Shown one piece after another: positions 52,311 to 53,735 of a stretch of 53,735 nt of DNA (positions are counted from its first letter, which is position 1; every line of letters starts with the position of its first letter). The notes beneath the pieces are model-generated. The model saw only the letters and a list, made by a program, of their open reading frames with translations. It ran no database searches and had not been told where the DNA came from. The translations under genes were made by a program, and so were the position numbers. The DNA comes from Acidimicrobiales bacterium (lineage in GTDB: Bacteria > Actinomycetota > Acidimicrobiia > Acidimicrobiales > Palsa-688): the NCBI GenBank assembly GCA_035718085.1, contig DASTHS010000199.1:1-53735 (forward strand), in the 5' to 3' direction.

Positions 52311-52945
52311 GCCCCCGCATCGCCGTGCTCGACTACGGCATCGGCAACCTCCGGTCGGCCGAGAAGGCCCTCCAGCACGTCGGCGCGGACGCCGCCCTCA
52401 CCACCGACCCCGACGAGGCCGCCGACGCCGACGGCGTGGTGCTCCCCGGCGTCGGGGCCTTCGGGCGGTGCATGGAGGCGCTCCGGGCCAGCGGCCACGA
52501 CAGCGTGGCCACCGCCGCGGTCGAGCGGGGCGTGCCGCTGCTGGCGGTCTGCGTCGGCCTCCAGCTGCTCTACGACGGCTCCGACGAGTCGCCCGGCGTG
52601 GCCGGCCTCGGCGTGTTCCCCGGCACCGTCGCCCGCCTGCCCGAGGGCGTGCGCCGCCCGCAGATGCAGTGGAACCAGCTGGTGGTGCGCCCCGGCGCAG
52701 GCCGGTGGCTCGGTGGGCCCGACGCCGGCGGCCCCGGACCGTGGGTGTACTTCGTGCACGGCTACGCCGCCCCCGACGGGCCCGACGTGGCCGCCACCTG
52801 CGACCACGGTGGCCCGGTCGTCGCCGCGCTCGAGCGGGGCCGGGTGTGGGCCACGCAGTTCCACCCGGAGAAGTCGGGGCCTGCCGGTCTGGCCATCCTC
52901 TCCGCGTTCGCTGCCGAGGTGGCGACGGGGGCGGCCGTCGCGTGA
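52307..52945 (+). CDS. hisH: Imidazole glycerol phosphate synthase, glutamine amidotransferase subunit
   Basis: IAVLDYGIGNLRS, LLAVCVGLQLL (nucleophile Cys) and QFHPEKS. GTGA overlap with hisB. Confidence 0.9.
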   Translation: MSPRIAVLDYGIGNLRSAEKALQHVGADAALTTDPDEAADADGVVLPGVGAFGRCMEALRASGHDSVATAAVERGVPLLAVCVGLQLLYDGSDESPGVAGLGVFPGTVARLPEGVRRPQMQWNQLVVRPGAGRWLGGPDAGGPGPWVYFVHGYAAPDGPDVAATCDHGGPVVAALERGRVWATQFHPEKSGPAGLAILSAFAAEVATGAAVA

Positions 52946-53703
52946 CGGTGACACCACCCGAGCTGTTCCCGGCGATCGACCTGCGCGGCGGTCGCCTCGT
53001 CCGCCTCGTCGAGGGCGACTTCGCCCGGGAGAAGGTCTACGGCGACGACCCCGTGTCGGTCGCCCGCGCCTTCGCCGCCCAGGGCGCACCGTGGGTCCAC
53101 GTCGTCGACCTCGACGCCGCCCGCACCGGCGATCCGGTCAACCGCGCCGTGGTCGAGGCGATCGTCGCCGCGGTGACCGTGCCGGTGCAGGTGGGCGGCG
53201 GGGTCCGCAGCCTCGCCGACGCCGCCGCGCTGCTCGGTGCCGGTGTCACCCGGGTGGTCATCGGCACCGCCGCGCTGGAGCAGCCAGCCCTCGTCGCCGA
53301 GGTGGCCGAGCGCTGGCCCGGCCGGGTCGCCGTCGGCCTCGACCACCGTGACGGCGTGGTGCAGCTGCGGGGGTGGCTGGCCGACGGCGGCCGGCGGGTC
53401 GCCGAGGTGCTGCCGGAGGTGGTGGCCGCCGGCGCCGCCGCCGTGATCGTGACCGACATCCGCCGCGACGGCCGCCTGGCCGGCCCGGACGTGGTCGGTC
53501 TCGCCGGCCTGTTGGAGGGCAGCGGCGCCCCCTTGGTCGCCTCGGGCGGGGTCGCGTCCCTCGACGACCTCCGCCTCCTCGGCTCGGTGCACGCCGGCGG
53601 CCGCGGCCTGGCCGGGGTGATCGTCGGCAAGGCCCTCTACGAGGCCCGCTTCACCGTGGCCGAGGCCGTCGCCGCCCTCGGCGCTCTCGGGGGCAGCCGG
53701 TGA
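52942..53703 (+). CDS. hisA: ProFAR isomerase (HisA; possibly PriA-type bifunctional as in other actinobacteria)
   Basis: LFPAIDLRGGRLVRL, VQVGGGVRS and VIVTDIRRDG. GTGA overlap with hisH. Confidence 0.9.
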   Translation: MTVTPPELFPAIDLRGGRLVRLVEGDFAREKVYGDDPVSVARAFAAQGAPWVHVVDLDAARTGDPVNRAVVEAIVAAVTVPVQVGGGVRSLADAAALLGAGVTRVVIGTAALEQPALVAEVAERWPGRVAVGLDHRDGVVQLRGWLADGGRRVAEVLPEVVAAGAAAVIVTDIRRDGRLAGPDVVGLAGLLEGSGAPLVASGGVASLDDLRLLGSVHAGGRGLAGVIVGKALYEARFTVAEAVAALGALGGSR

Positions 53704-53735
53704 GCGCAGGGGCCGGCGCCGGCAGCGTGGTGCGG
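53700..53735 (+). CDS. 5' end of the next his-operon gene (identity not determinable from 12 codons)
   Basis: GTG 53700 overlaps the hisA stop (GTGA), the same coupling pattern as the upstream junctions. The frame is open to the end of the window. Confidence 0.25.
   Translation, partial: MSAGAGAGSVVR

Overview
This is a 53.7-kb, very GC-rich segment (third codon positions are almost all G/C) of core chromosome from an actinobacterium. Lineage markers are mycothiol synthase MshD, the proteasome activator Bpa with its GQYL tail, a short MenE and an actinobacterial his operon. I cannot name the taxon from sequence alone. I call about 50 tightly packed CDSs. In order they are: a DksA-like gene, lspA and rluD; a Liv-type ABC operon (SBP-livHMGF); an Rrf2 regulator co-transcribed with a Pat-type GNAT/ADP-forming acyl-CoA-synthetase-like acetyltransferase; a divergent alkaline-phosphatase-family gene plus bpa; dnaE with two orphan genes; a DUF255 thioredoxin-domain gene; a second Liv-type operon in a different gene order (livGFHM-SBP); lacZ-galT; a translationally coupled operon of hypothetical / MetV-MetF-like reductase / SAM methyltransferase / DUF72; an acyl-CoA dehydrogenase and an epoxide-hydrolase-like gene; an ECF sigma with a putative anti-sigma factor; an aldo-keto reductase; a split menaquinone cluster (menE, menA, menH, menD, menF, menG) interrupted by a PAS-GAF-GGDEF-EAL gene; htdZ, a small membrane protein, rlmN, mshD and nth; and hisDCBHA. 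I found no rRNA, tRNA, CRISPR array, transposase, integrase, phage gene or recognisable defence gene, and I see no obvious compositional island by eye. I did not find a convincing novel system. The best candidate for undescribed biology is the MetV/MetF-like - methyltransferase - DUF72 operon (27793-30950). Secondary points of interest are the Rrf2-Pat / phosphatase-Bpa divergon, the dnaE-linked orphan genes, a perfect palindrome upstream of dnaE, an almost identical 18-nt start-proximal motif at two unrelated genes, and a recurring leaderless-type promoter layout (TAGNNT 6-8 nt before the start codon). All domain calls come from reading the supplied translations and recognising motifs. No database search was run.
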